Source: Leptogorgia sarmentosa (taxonomy: Eukaryota). From it: a DNA stretch of 64,000 nt. Below are positions 1-11,900 of this stretch, one piece after another. The stretch lies in the NCBI GenBank assembly GCA_964658305.1, contig OZ210884.1, positions 2,170,001 through 2,234,000 of the forward strand, written 5' to 3'. The notes below the pieces were generated by a model. That model was given only the letters and a program-made list of their open reading frames with translations. It did no database searches and was not told the origin of the DNA. Position 1 is the first letter of the stretch. Each line of letters begins with the position of its first letter. Position numbers and translations under genes: made by a program.

Positions 1-3000
1 GGTAAATTTGGTGGCGACACCATTCAAAATGGAAGCCACAGAAGCAATCAAGTCCCTTCACCTGGTATGGTATATTTGCTATTGCTCCTGTTGAGATTCC
101 TTTGAAACAACGGGCTACCCATCATCATGCCCTTGCTCGTATTTTTATCACAGGTTTACGAAATTTTCGCTGCGCATTGCTCTTGGCATGGTGAAAACGC
201 ATGGTAAATTTGGTGGCGACACCATTCAAAATGGAAGCCACAGAAGCAATCAAGTCCCTTCACCTGGTATGGTATATTTGCTATTGCTATTGCTCCTGTT
301 GAGATTCCTTTGAAACAACGGGCTACCCATCATCATGCCATTGCTCGTATTTGTATCACAGGTTTACGAAATTTTCGCTGCACATTGCTCTTGGCATGGT
401 GAATACGCATGGTAAATTTGGTGGCGACACCATTCAAAATGGAAGCCACAGAAGCAATCAAGTCCCTTCACCTGGTATGGTATATTTGATATTGCTATTG
501 CTCCCGTTGAGATTGCTTTGAAACAACGGGCAACCCATCATCATGCCCTTGCTCGTATTTGTATCACAGGTTTACGAAATTTTCGCTGCACATTGCTCTT
601 GGCATGGTGAATACGCATGGTAAATTTGGTGGCGACACCATTCAAAATGGAAGCCACAGAAGCAATCAAGTCCCTTCACCTGGTATGGTATATTTGATAT
701 TGCTATTGCTCCCGTTGAGATTGCTTTGAAACAACGGGCAACCCATCATCATGCCCTTGCTCGTATTTGTATCACAGGTTTACGAAATTTTCGCTGCACA
801 TTGCTCTTGGCATGGTGAATTGGCATGGTAAATTTGGTGGCGACACCATTCAAAATGGAAGCCACAGAAGCAATCAAGTCCCTTCACCTGGTATGGTATA
901 TTTGCTATTGCTCCTGTTGAGATTCCTTTGAAACAACGGGCTACCCATCATCATGCCCTTGCTCGTATTTTTATCACAGGTTTACGAAATTTTCGCTGCG
1001 CATTGCTCTTGGCATGGTGACAACGCATGGTAAATTTGGTGGCGACACCATTCAAAATGGAAGCCACAGAAGCAATCAAGTCCCTTCACCTGGTATGGTA
1101 TATTTGCTATTGCTATTGCTCCTGTTGAGATTCCTTTGAAACAACGGGCTACCCATCATCATGCCATTGCTCGTATTTGTATCACAGGTTTACGAAATTT
1201 TCGCTGCACATTGCTCTTGGCATGGTGAATACGCATGGTAAATTTGGTGGCGACACCATTCAAAATGGAAGCCACAAAGCAATCAAGTCCCTTCACCTGG
1301 TATGGTATATTTGCTATTGCTCCTGTTGAGATTCCTTTGAAACAACGGGATACCCATCATCATGCCCTTGCTCGTATTTTTATCACAGGTTTACGAAATT
1401 TTCGCTGCACATTGCTCTTGAATATCGTGAATACGCATGGTAAATTTGGTGGCGACACCATTCAAAATGGAAGCCACAGAAGCAATCAAGTCCCTTCACC
1501 TGGTATGGTATATTTGCTATTGCTATTGCTCCTGTTGAGATTCCTTTGAAACAACGGGCTACCCATCATCATGCCCTTGCTCGTATTTTTATCACAGGTT
1601 TACGAAATTTTCGCTGCACATTGCTCTTGGCATGGTGAATACGCATGGTAAATTTGGTGGCGACACCATTCAAAATGGAAGCCACAGAAGCAATCAAGTC
1701 CCTTCACCTGGTATGGTATATTTGATATTGCTCCTGTTGAGATTCCTTTGAAACAACGGGCAACCCATCATCATGCCCTTGCTCGTATTTTTATCGCAGG
1801 TTTACGAAATTTTCGCTGCACATTGCTCTTGGCATGGTGAATACGCATGGTAAATTTGGTGGCGACACCATTCAAAATGGAAGCCACTCAAGCAATCAAG
1901 TCCCTTCACCTGGTATAGTATATTTGCTATTGCTATTGCTCCTGTTGAGATTCCTTTGAAACAACGGGCTACCCATCATCATGCCATTGCTCGTATTTTT
2001 ATCACAGGTTTACGAAATTTTCGCTGCACATTGCTCTTGGCGATGGTGAATACGCATGGTAAATTTGGTGGCGACACCATTTAAAATGGAAGCCACAGAA
2101 GCAATCAAGTCCCTTCACCCGGTATGGTGTATTTGCTATTGCTATTGGTCCTGTTGAGATTCCTTTGAAACAACGGGCTACCCATCATCATGCCCTTGCT
2201 CGTATTTTTATCACAGGTTTACGAAATTTTCGCTGCACATTGCTCTTGGCGATGGTGAATACGCATGGTAAATTTGGTGGCGACACCAGTCAAAATGGAA
2301 GCCACAGAAGCAATCAAGTCCCTTCACCTGGTATGGTATCTTTGCTATTGCTCCTGTTGAGATTCCTTTGAAACAACGGGCTACCCATCATCATGCCGTT
2401 GCTCGTATTTTTATCACAGGTTTACGAAATTTTCCCTGCATATTGCTCTTGGCATGGTGAATATGCATGGTAAATTTGGTGGCGACACTATTCAAAATGG
2501 AAGCCACAGAAGCAATCAAGTCCCTTCACCTGGTATGGTATATTTGCTATTGCTCCTGTTGAGATTCCTTTGAAACAACGGGATACCCATCATCATGCCC
2601 TTGCTCGTATTTTTATCACAGGTTTACGAAATTTTCGCTGCACATTGCTCTTGAATATCGTGAATACGCATGGTAAATTTGGTGGCGACACCATTCAAAA
2701 TGGAAGCCAGAGAAGCAATCAAGTCCCTTCACCTGGTATGGTATATTTGCTATTGCTATTGTTCCTGTTGAGATTCCTTTGAAACAACGGGCTACCCATC
2801 ATCATGCCATTGCTCGTATTTTTATAACAGGTTTACGAAATTTTCGCTGCACATTGCTCTTGGCATGGTGAATACGCATGGTAAATTTGGTGGCGACACC
2901 ATTCAAAATGGAAGCCACAGAAGCAATCAAGTCCCTTCACCTGGTATGGTATATTTGATATTGCTCCTGTTGAGATTCCTTTGAAACAACGGGCTACCCA

Positions 3001-3269
3001 TCATCATGCCCTTGCTCGTATTTTTATCACAGGTTTACGAAATTTTCGGTGCACATTGCTCTTGGCATGGTGAATACGCATGGTAAATTTGGTGGCGACA
3101 GCATTCAAAATGGAAGCCACACAAGCAATCAAGTCCCTTCACCTGGTATGGTATATTTGCTATTGCTATTGCTCCTGTTGAGATTCCTTTGAAACCATGG
3201 GCTACCCATCGTCATGCCCTTGCTCGTATTTTTATCACAGGTTTACGAAATTTTCGCTGCACATTGCTC

Positions 3270-4440
3270 TTGGCATGCTGAATACGCATGGTAAATTTGG
3301 TGGCGACACCATTCAAAATGGAAGCCACAGGAGCAATCAAGTCCCTTCACCTCGTATGGTATATTTGCTATTGCTATTGCTCCTGTTGAGATTCCTTTGA
3401 AACAACGGGCTACCCATCATCATGCCCTTGCTCGTATTTTTATCACAGGTTTACGAAATTTTCGCTGCAAATTGCTCTTGGCATGGTGAATGCGCATGGT
3501 AAATTTGGTGGCGACACCATTTAAAATGGAAGCCACATGAGCAATCAAGTCCCTTCACCTGGTATGGTATATTTGCTATTGCTATTGCTCCTGTTGAGAT
3601 TCCTTTGAAACAACGGGCTACCCATCATCATGCCATTGCTCGTATTTTTATCACAGGTTTACGAAATTTTCGCTGCACATTGCTCTTGGCATGCTGAATA
3701 CGCATGGTAAATTTGGTGGCGACACCATTCAAAATGGAAGCCACAGGAGCAATCAAGTCCCTTCACCTCGTATGGTATATTTGCTATTGCTATTGCTCCT
3801 GTTGAGATTCCTTTGAAACAACGGGCTACCCATCATCATGCCCTTGCTCGTATTTTTATCACAGGTTTACGAAATTTTCGCTGCAAATTGCTCTTGGCAT
3901 GGTGAATGCGCATGGTAAATTTGGTGGCGACACCATTTAAAATGGAAGCCACATGAGCAATCAAGTCCCTTCACCTGGTATGGTATATTTGCTATTGCTA
4001 TTGCTCCTGTTGAGATTCCTTTGAAACAACGGGCTACCCATCATCATGCCATTGCTCGTATTTTTATCACAGGTTTACGAAATTTTCGCTGCACATTGCT
4101 CTTGGCATGCTGAATACGCATGGTAAATTTGGTGGCGACACCATTCAAAATGGAAGCCACAGGAGCAATCAAGTCCCTTCACCTCGTATGGTATATTTGC
4201 TATTGCTATTGCTCCTGTTGAGATTCCTTTGAAACAACGGGCTACCCATCATCATGCCCTTGCTCGTATTTTTATCACAGGTTTACGAAATTTTCGCTGC
4301 ACATTGCTCTTGGCATGGTGAATGCGCATGGTAAATTTGGTGGCGACACCATTTAAAATGGAAGCCACATGAGCAATCAAGTCCCTTCACCTGGTATGGT
4401 ATATTTGCTATTGCTATTGCTCCTGTTGAGATTCCTTTGA
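3270..4440. repeat. Dimeric HOR (416 bp) x3
   Basis: GCTGAAT at 3277, 3693, 4109 alternates with ATGCGCAT/CCATTTAAAA/CACATGAG monomers. The same dimer recurs about twice near 10.5-11.2, 15.3-15.9 and 18.2-18.8 kb. Confidence 0.85.
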
Positions 4441-7400
4441 AACAACGGGCTACCCATCATCATGCCCTTGCTCGTATTTTTATCACAGGTTTACGAAATT
4501 TTCGCTGCGCATTGCTCTTGGCATGGTGAATACGCATGGTAAATTTGGTGGCGACACCATTCAAAATGGAAGCCACAGAAGCAATCAAGTCCCTTCACCT
4601 GGTATGGTATATTTGCTATTGCTATTGCTCCTGTTGAGATTCCTTTGAAACAACGGGCTACCCATCATCATGCCATTGCTCGTATTTGTATCACAGGTTT
4701 ACGAAATTTTCGCCGCACATTGCTCTTGGCATGGTGAATACGCATGGTAAATTTGGTGGCGACACCATTCAAAATGGAAGCCACAGAAGCAATCAAGTCC
4801 CTTCACCTGGTATGGTATATTTGATATTGCTATTGCTCCCGTTGAGATTGCTTTGAAACAACGGGCAACCCATCATCATGCCCTTGCTCGTATTTGTATC
4901 ACAGGTTTACGAAATTTTCGCTGCACATTGCTCTTGGCATGGTGAATTGGCATGGTAAATTTGGTGGCGACACCATTCAAAATGGAAGCCACAGAAGCAA
5001 TCAAGTCCCTTCACCTGGTATGGTATATTTGCTATTGCTCCTGTTGAGATTCCTTTGAAACAACGGGCTACCCATCATCATGCCCTTGCTCGTATTTTTA
5101 TCACAGGTTTACGAAATTTTCGCTGCGCATTGCTCTTGGCATGGTGAAAACGCATGGTAAATTTGGTGGCGACACCATTCAAAATGGAAGCCACAGAAGC
5201 AATCAAGTCCCTTCACCTGGTATGGTATATTTGCTATTGCTATTGCTCCTGTTGAGATTCCTTTGAAACAACGGGCTACCCATCATCATGCCATTGCTCG
5301 TATTTGTATCACAGGTTTACGAAATTTTCGCTGCACATTGCTCTTGGCATGGTGAATACGCATGGTAAATTTGGTGGCGACACCATTCAAAATGGAAGCC
5401 ACAGAAGCAATCAAGTCCCTTCACCTGGTATGGTATATTTGATATTGCTATTGCTCCCGTTGAGATTGCTTTGAAACAACGGGCAACCCATCATCATGCC
5501 CTTGCTCGTATTTGTATCACAGGTTTACGAAATTTTCGCTGCACATTGCTCTTGGCATGGTGAATACGCATGGTAAATTTGGTGGCGACACCATTCAAAA
5601 TGGAAGCCACAGAAGCAATCAAGTCCCTTCACCTGATATGGTATATTTGATATTGCTATTGCTCCCGTTGAGATTGCTTTGAAACAACGGGCAACCCATC
5701 ATCATGCCCTTGCTCGTATTTGTATCACAGGTTTACGAAATTTTCGCTGCACATTGCTCTTGGCATGGTGAATTGGCATGGTAAATTTGGTGGCGACACC
5801 ATTCAAAATGGAAGCCACAGAAGCAATCAAGTCCCTTCACCTGGTATGGTATATTTGCTATTGCTCCTGTTGAGATTCCTTTGAAACAACGGGCTACCCA
5901 TCATCATGCCCTTGCTCGTATTTTTATCACAGGTTTACGAAATTTTCGCTGCGCATTGCTCTTGGCATGGTGACAACGCATGGTAAATTTGGTGGCGACA
6001 CCATTCAAAATGGAAGCCACAGAAGCAATCAAGTCCCTTCACCTGGTATGGTATATTTGCTATTGCTATTGCTCCTGTTGAGATTCCTTTGAAACAACGG
6101 GCTACCCATCATCATGCCATTGCTCGTATTTGTATCACAGGTTTACGAAATTTTCGCTGCACATTGCTCTTGGCATGGTGAATACGCATGGTAAATTTGG
6201 TGGCGACACCATTCAAAATGGAAGCCACAGAAGCAATCAAGTCCCTTCACCTGGTATGGTATATTTGCTATTGCTCCTGTTGAGATTCCTTTGAAACAAC
6301 GGGATACCCATCATCATGCCCTTGCTCGTATTTTTATCACAGGTTTACGAAATTTTCGCTGCACATTGCTCTTGAATATCGTGAATACGCATGGTAAATT
6401 TGGTGGCGACACCATTCAAAATGGAAGCCACAGAAGCAATCAAGTCCCTTCACCTGGTATGGTATATTTGCTATTGCTATTGCTCCTGTTGAGATTCCTT
6501 TGAAACAACGGGCTACCCATCATCATGCCCTTGCTCGTATTTTTATCACAGGTTTACGAAATTTTCGCTGCACATTGCTCTTGGCATGGTGAATACGCAT
6601 GGTAAATTTGGTGGCGACACCATTCAAAATGGAAGCCACAGAAGCAATCAAGTCCCTTCACCTGGTATGGTATATTTGCTATTGCTATTGCTCCTGTTGA
6701 GATTCCTTTGAAACAACGGGCTACCCATCATCATGCCCTTGCTCGTATTTTTATCACAGGTTTACGAAATTTTCGCTGCGCATTGCTCTTGGCATGGTGA
6801 ATACGCATGGTAAATTTGGTGGCGACACCATTCAAAATGGAAGCCACAGAAGCAATCAAGTCCCTTCACCTGGTATGGTATATTTGCTATTGCTATTGCT
6901 CCTGTTGAGATTCCTTTGAAACAACGGGCTACCCATCATCATGCCATTGCTCGTATTTGTATCACAGGTTTACGAAATTTTCGCCGCACATTGCTCTTGG
7001 CATGGTGAATACGCATGGTAAATTTGGTGGCGACACCATTCAAAATGGAAGCCACAGAAGCAATCAAGTCCCTTCACCTGGTATGGTATATTTGATATTG
7101 CTATTGCTCCCGTTGAGATTGCTTTGAAACAACGGGCAACCCATCATCATGCCCTTGCTCGTATTTGTATCACAGGTTTACGAAATTTTCGCTGCACATT
7201 GCTCTTGGCATGGTGAATTGGCATGGTAAATTTGGTGGCGACACCATTCAAAATGGAAGCCACAGAAGCAATCAAGTCCCTTCACCTGGTATGGTATATT
7301 TGCTATTGCTCCTGTTGAGATTCCTTTGAAACAACGGGCTACCCATCATCATGCCCTTGCTCGTATTTTTATCACAGGTTTACGAAATTTTCGCTGCGCA

Positions 7401-8948
7401 TTGCTCTTGGCATGGTGAAAACGCATGGTAAATTTGGTGGCGACACCATTCAAAATGGAAGCCACAGAAGCAATCAAGTCCCTTCACCTGGTATGGTATA
7501 TTTGCTATTGCTATTGCTCCTGTTGAGATTCCTTTGAAACAACGGGCTACCCATCATCATGCCATTGCTCGTATTTGTATCACAGGTTTACGAAATTTTC
7601 GCTGCACATTGCTCTTGGCATGGTGAATACGCATGGTAAATTTGGTGGCGACACCATTCAAAATGGAAGCCACAGAAGCAATCAAGTCCCTTCACCTGGT
7701 ATGGTATATTTGATATTGCTATTGCTCCCGTTGAGATTGCTTTGAAACAACGGGCAACCCATCATCATGCCCTTGCTCGTATTTGTATCACAGGTTTACG
7801 AAATTTTCGCTGCACATTGCTCTTGGCATGGTGAATACGCATGGTAAATTTGGTGGCGACACCATTCAAAATGGAAGCCACAGAAGCAATCAAGTCCCTT
7901 CACCTGATATGGTATATTTGATATTGCTATTGCTCCCGTTGAGATTGCTTTGAAACAACGGGCAACCCATCATCATGCCCTTGCTCGTATTTGTATCACA
8001 GGTTTACGAAATTTTCGCTGCACATTGCTCTTGGCATGGTGAATTGGCATGGTAAATTTGGTGGCGACACCATTCAAAATGGAAGCCACAGAAGCAATCA
8101 AGTCCCTTCACCTGGTATGGTATATTTGCTATTGCTCCTGTTGAGATTCCTTTGAAACAACGGGCTACCCATCATCATGCCCTTGCTCGTATTTTTATCA
8201 CAGGTTTACGAAATTTTCGCTGCGCATTGCTCTTGGCATGGTGACAACGCATGGTAAATTTGGTGGCGACACCATTCAAAATGGAAGCCACAGAAGCAAT
8301 CAAGTCCCTTCACCTGGTATGGTATATTTGCTATTGCTATTGCTCCTGTTGAGATTCCTTTGAAACAACGGGCTACCCATCATCATGCCATTGCTCGTAT
8401 TTGTATCACAGGTTTACGAAATTTTCGCTGCACATTGCTCTTGGCATGGTGAATACGCATGGTAAATTTGGTGGCGACACCATTCAAAATGGAAGCCACA
8501 GAAGCAATCAAGTCCCTTCACCTGGTATGGTATATTTGCTATTGCTCCTGTTGAGATTCCTTTGAAACAACGGGATACCCATCATCATGCCCTTGCTCGT
8601 ATTTTTATCACAGGTTTACGAAATTTTCGCTGCACATTGCTCTTGAATATCGTGAATACGCATGGTAAATTTGGTGGCGACACCATTCAAAATGGAAGCC
8701 ACAGAAGCAATCAAGTCCCTTCACCTGGTATGGTATATTTGCTATTGCTATTGCTCCTGTTGAGATTCCTTTGAAACAACGGGCTACCCATCATCATGCC
8801 CTTGCTCGTATTTTTATCACAGGTTTACGAAATTTTCGCTGCACATTGCTCTTGGCATGGTGAATACGCATGGTAAATTTGGTGGCGACACCATTCAAAA
8901 TGGAAGCCACAGAAGCAATCAAGTCCCTTCACCTGGTATGGTATATTT
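4372..8948. repeat. Tandem duplication of an 11-monomer block (2271 bp) x2
   Basis: Markers at a constant 2271 offset: TGCGCA 4506/6777, CGCCG 4711/6982, CCTGATATG 5632/7903, TGACAAC 5971/8242, ORFs 6291/8562. Confidence 0.9.
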
Positions 8949-11900
8949 GATATTGCTCCTGTTGAGATTCCTTTGAAACAACGGGCAACCCATCATCATG
9001 CCCTTGCTCGTATTTTTATCGCAGGTTTACGAAATTTTCGCTGCACATTGCTCTTGGCATGGTGAATACGCATGGTAAATTTGGTGGCGACACCATTCAA
9101 AATGGAAGCCACACAAGCAATCAAGTCCCTTCACCTGGTATAGTATATTTGCTATTGCTATTGCTCCTGTTGAGATTCCTTTGAAACAACGGGCTACCCA
9201 TCATCATGCCATTGCTCGTATTTTTATCACAGGTTTACGAAATTTTCGCTGCGCATTCCTCTTGGCATGCTGAATACGCATGGTAAATTTGGTGGCGACA
9301 CCATTCAAAATGGAAGCCACAGGAGCAATCAAGTCCCTTCACCTCGTATGGTATATTTGCTATTGCTATTGCTCCTGTTGAGATTCCTTTGAAACAACGG
9401 GCTACCCATCATCATGCCATTACTCGTATTTTTATCACAGGTTTACGAAATTTTCGCTGCACATTGCTCTTGGCATGCTGAATACGCATGGTAAATTTGG
9501 TGGCGACACCATTCAAAATGGAAGCCACAGGAGCAATCAAGTCCCTTCACCTCGTATGGTATATTTGCTATTGCTATTGCTCCTGTTGAGATTCCTTTGA
9601 AACAACGGGCTACCCATCATCATGCCCTTGCTCGTATTTTTATCACAGGTTTACGAAATTTTCGCTGCACATTGCTCTTGGCATGGTGAATGCGCATGGT
9701 AAATTTGGTGGCGACACCATTCAAAATGGAAGCCACAGAAGCAATCAAGTCCCTTCACCTGGTATGGTATATTTGCTATTGCTCCTGTTGAGATTCCTTT
9801 GAAACAACGGGATACCCATCATCATGCCCTTGCTCGTATTTTTATCACAGGTTTACGAAATTTTCGCTGCACATTGCTCTTGAATATCGTGAATACGCAT
9901 GGTAAATTTGGTGGCGACACCATTCAAAATGGAAGCCACAGAAGCAATCAAGTCCCTTCACCTGGTATGGTATATTTGCTATTGCTATTGCTCCTGTTGA
10001 GATTCCTTTGAAACAACGGGCTACCCATCATCATGCCCTTGCTCGTATTTTTATCACAGGTTTACGAAATTTTCGCTGCACATTGCTCTTGGCATGGTGA
10101 ATACGCATGGTAAATTTGGTGGCGACACCATTCAAAATGGAAGCCACTCAAGCAATCAAGTCCCTTCACCTGGTATAGTATATTTGCTATTGCTATTGCT
10201 CCTGTTGAGATTCCTTTGAAACAACGGGCTACCCATCATCATGCCCTTGCTCGTATTTTTATCACAGGTTTACGAAATTTTCGGTGCACATTGCTCTTGG
10301 CATGGTGAATACGCATGGTAAATTTGGTGGCGACACCATTCAAAATGGAAGCCACACAAGCAATCAAGTCCCTTCACCTGGTATGGTATATTTGCTATTG
10401 CTATTGCTCCTGTTGAGATTCCTTTGAAACCACGGGCTACCCATCGTCATGCCCTTGCTCGTAGTTTTATCACAGGTTTACGAAATTTTCGCTGCACATT
10501 GCTTTTGGCAGGCTGAATACGCATGGTAAATTTGGTGGCGACACCATTCAAAATGGAAGCCACAGGAGCAATCAAGTCCCTTCACCTCGTATGGTATATT
10601 TGCTATTGCTATTGCTCCTGTTGAGATTCCTTTGAAACAACGGGCTACCCATCATCATGCCCTTGCTCGTATTTTTATCACAGGTTTACGAAATTTTCGC
10701 TGCACATTGCTCTTGGCATGGTGAATGCGCATGGTAAATTTGGTGGCGACACCATTTAAAATGGAAGCCACATGAGCAATCAAGTCCCTTCACCTGGTAT
10801 GGTATATTTGCTATTGCTATTGCTCCTGTTGAGATTCCTTTGAAACAACGGGCTACCCATCATCATGCCATTGCTCGTATTTTTATCACAGGTTTACGAA
10901 ATTTTCGCTGCACATTGCTCTTGGCATGCTGAATACGCATGGTAAATTTGGTGGCGACACCATTCAAAATGGAAGCCACAGGAGCAATCAAGTCCCTTCA
11001 CCTCGTATGGTATATTTGCTATTGCTATTGCTCCTGTTGAGATTCCTTTGAAACAACGGGCTACCCATCATCATGCCCTTGCTCGTATTTTTATCACAGG
11101 TTTACGAAATTTTCGCTGCACATTGCTCTTGGCATGGTGAATGCGCATGGTAAATTTGGTGGCGACACCATTTAAAATGGAAGCCACAGAAGCAATCAAG
11201 TCCCTTCACCTGGTATGGTATATTTGATATTGCTATTGCTCCCGTTGAGATTGCTTTGAAACAACGGGCAACCCATCATCATGCCCTTGCTCGTATTTGT
11301 ATCACAGGTTTACGAAATTTTCGCTGCACATTGCTCTTGGCATGGTGAATACGCATGGTAAATTTGGTGGCGACACCATTCAAAATGGAAGCCACAGAAG
11401 CAATCAAGTCCCTTCACCTGGTATGGTATATTTGATATTGCTATTGCTCCCGTTGAGATTGCTTTGAAACAACGGGCAACCCATCATCATGCCCTTGCTC
11501 GTATTTGTATCACAGGTTTACGAAATTTTCGCTGCACATTGCTCTTGGCATGGTGAATTGACATGGTAAATTTGGTGGCGACACCATTCAAAATGGAAGC
11601 CACAGAAGCAATCAGGTCCCTTCACCTGGTATGGTATATTTGCTATTGCTCCTGTTGAGATTCCTTTGAAACAACGGGCTACCCATCATCATGCCCTTGC
11701 TCGTATTTTTATCACAGGTTTACGAAATTTTCGCTGCGCATTGCTCTTGGCATGGTGAAAACGCATGGTAAATTTGGTGGCGACACCATTCAAAATGGAA
11801 GCCACAGAAGCAATCAAGTCCCTTCACCTGGTATGGTATATTTGCTATTGCTATTGCTCCTGTTGAGATTCCTTTGAAACAACGGGCTACCCATCATCAT

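Noticed and set aside
1..208. Tandem RNA gene array (5S rRNA, tRNA, spliced-leader or snRNA)
   Set aside because: No recognisable 5S or tRNA sequence or Pol III boxes. AAATTTGG has too few T for a typical Sm site. There is no conserved-gene versus variable-spacer partition. An Rfam scan was not run.
296..330. Hammerhead-ribozyme-like core CTGTTGA...GAAAC (cf. CUGAUGA...GAAA in some satellites)
   Set aside because: The conserved A of CUGA is T in the copies I read, the intervening GATTCCTTT forms no credible stem II, and I could not build stems I/III around an NUH site. An Infernal search with hammerhead models would settle it.
328..337. Minus-strand ATGATGA resembling snoRNA box C
   Set aside because: It is just the (CAT)3 microrepeat; there is no box D (CTGA) on that strand of the consensus.
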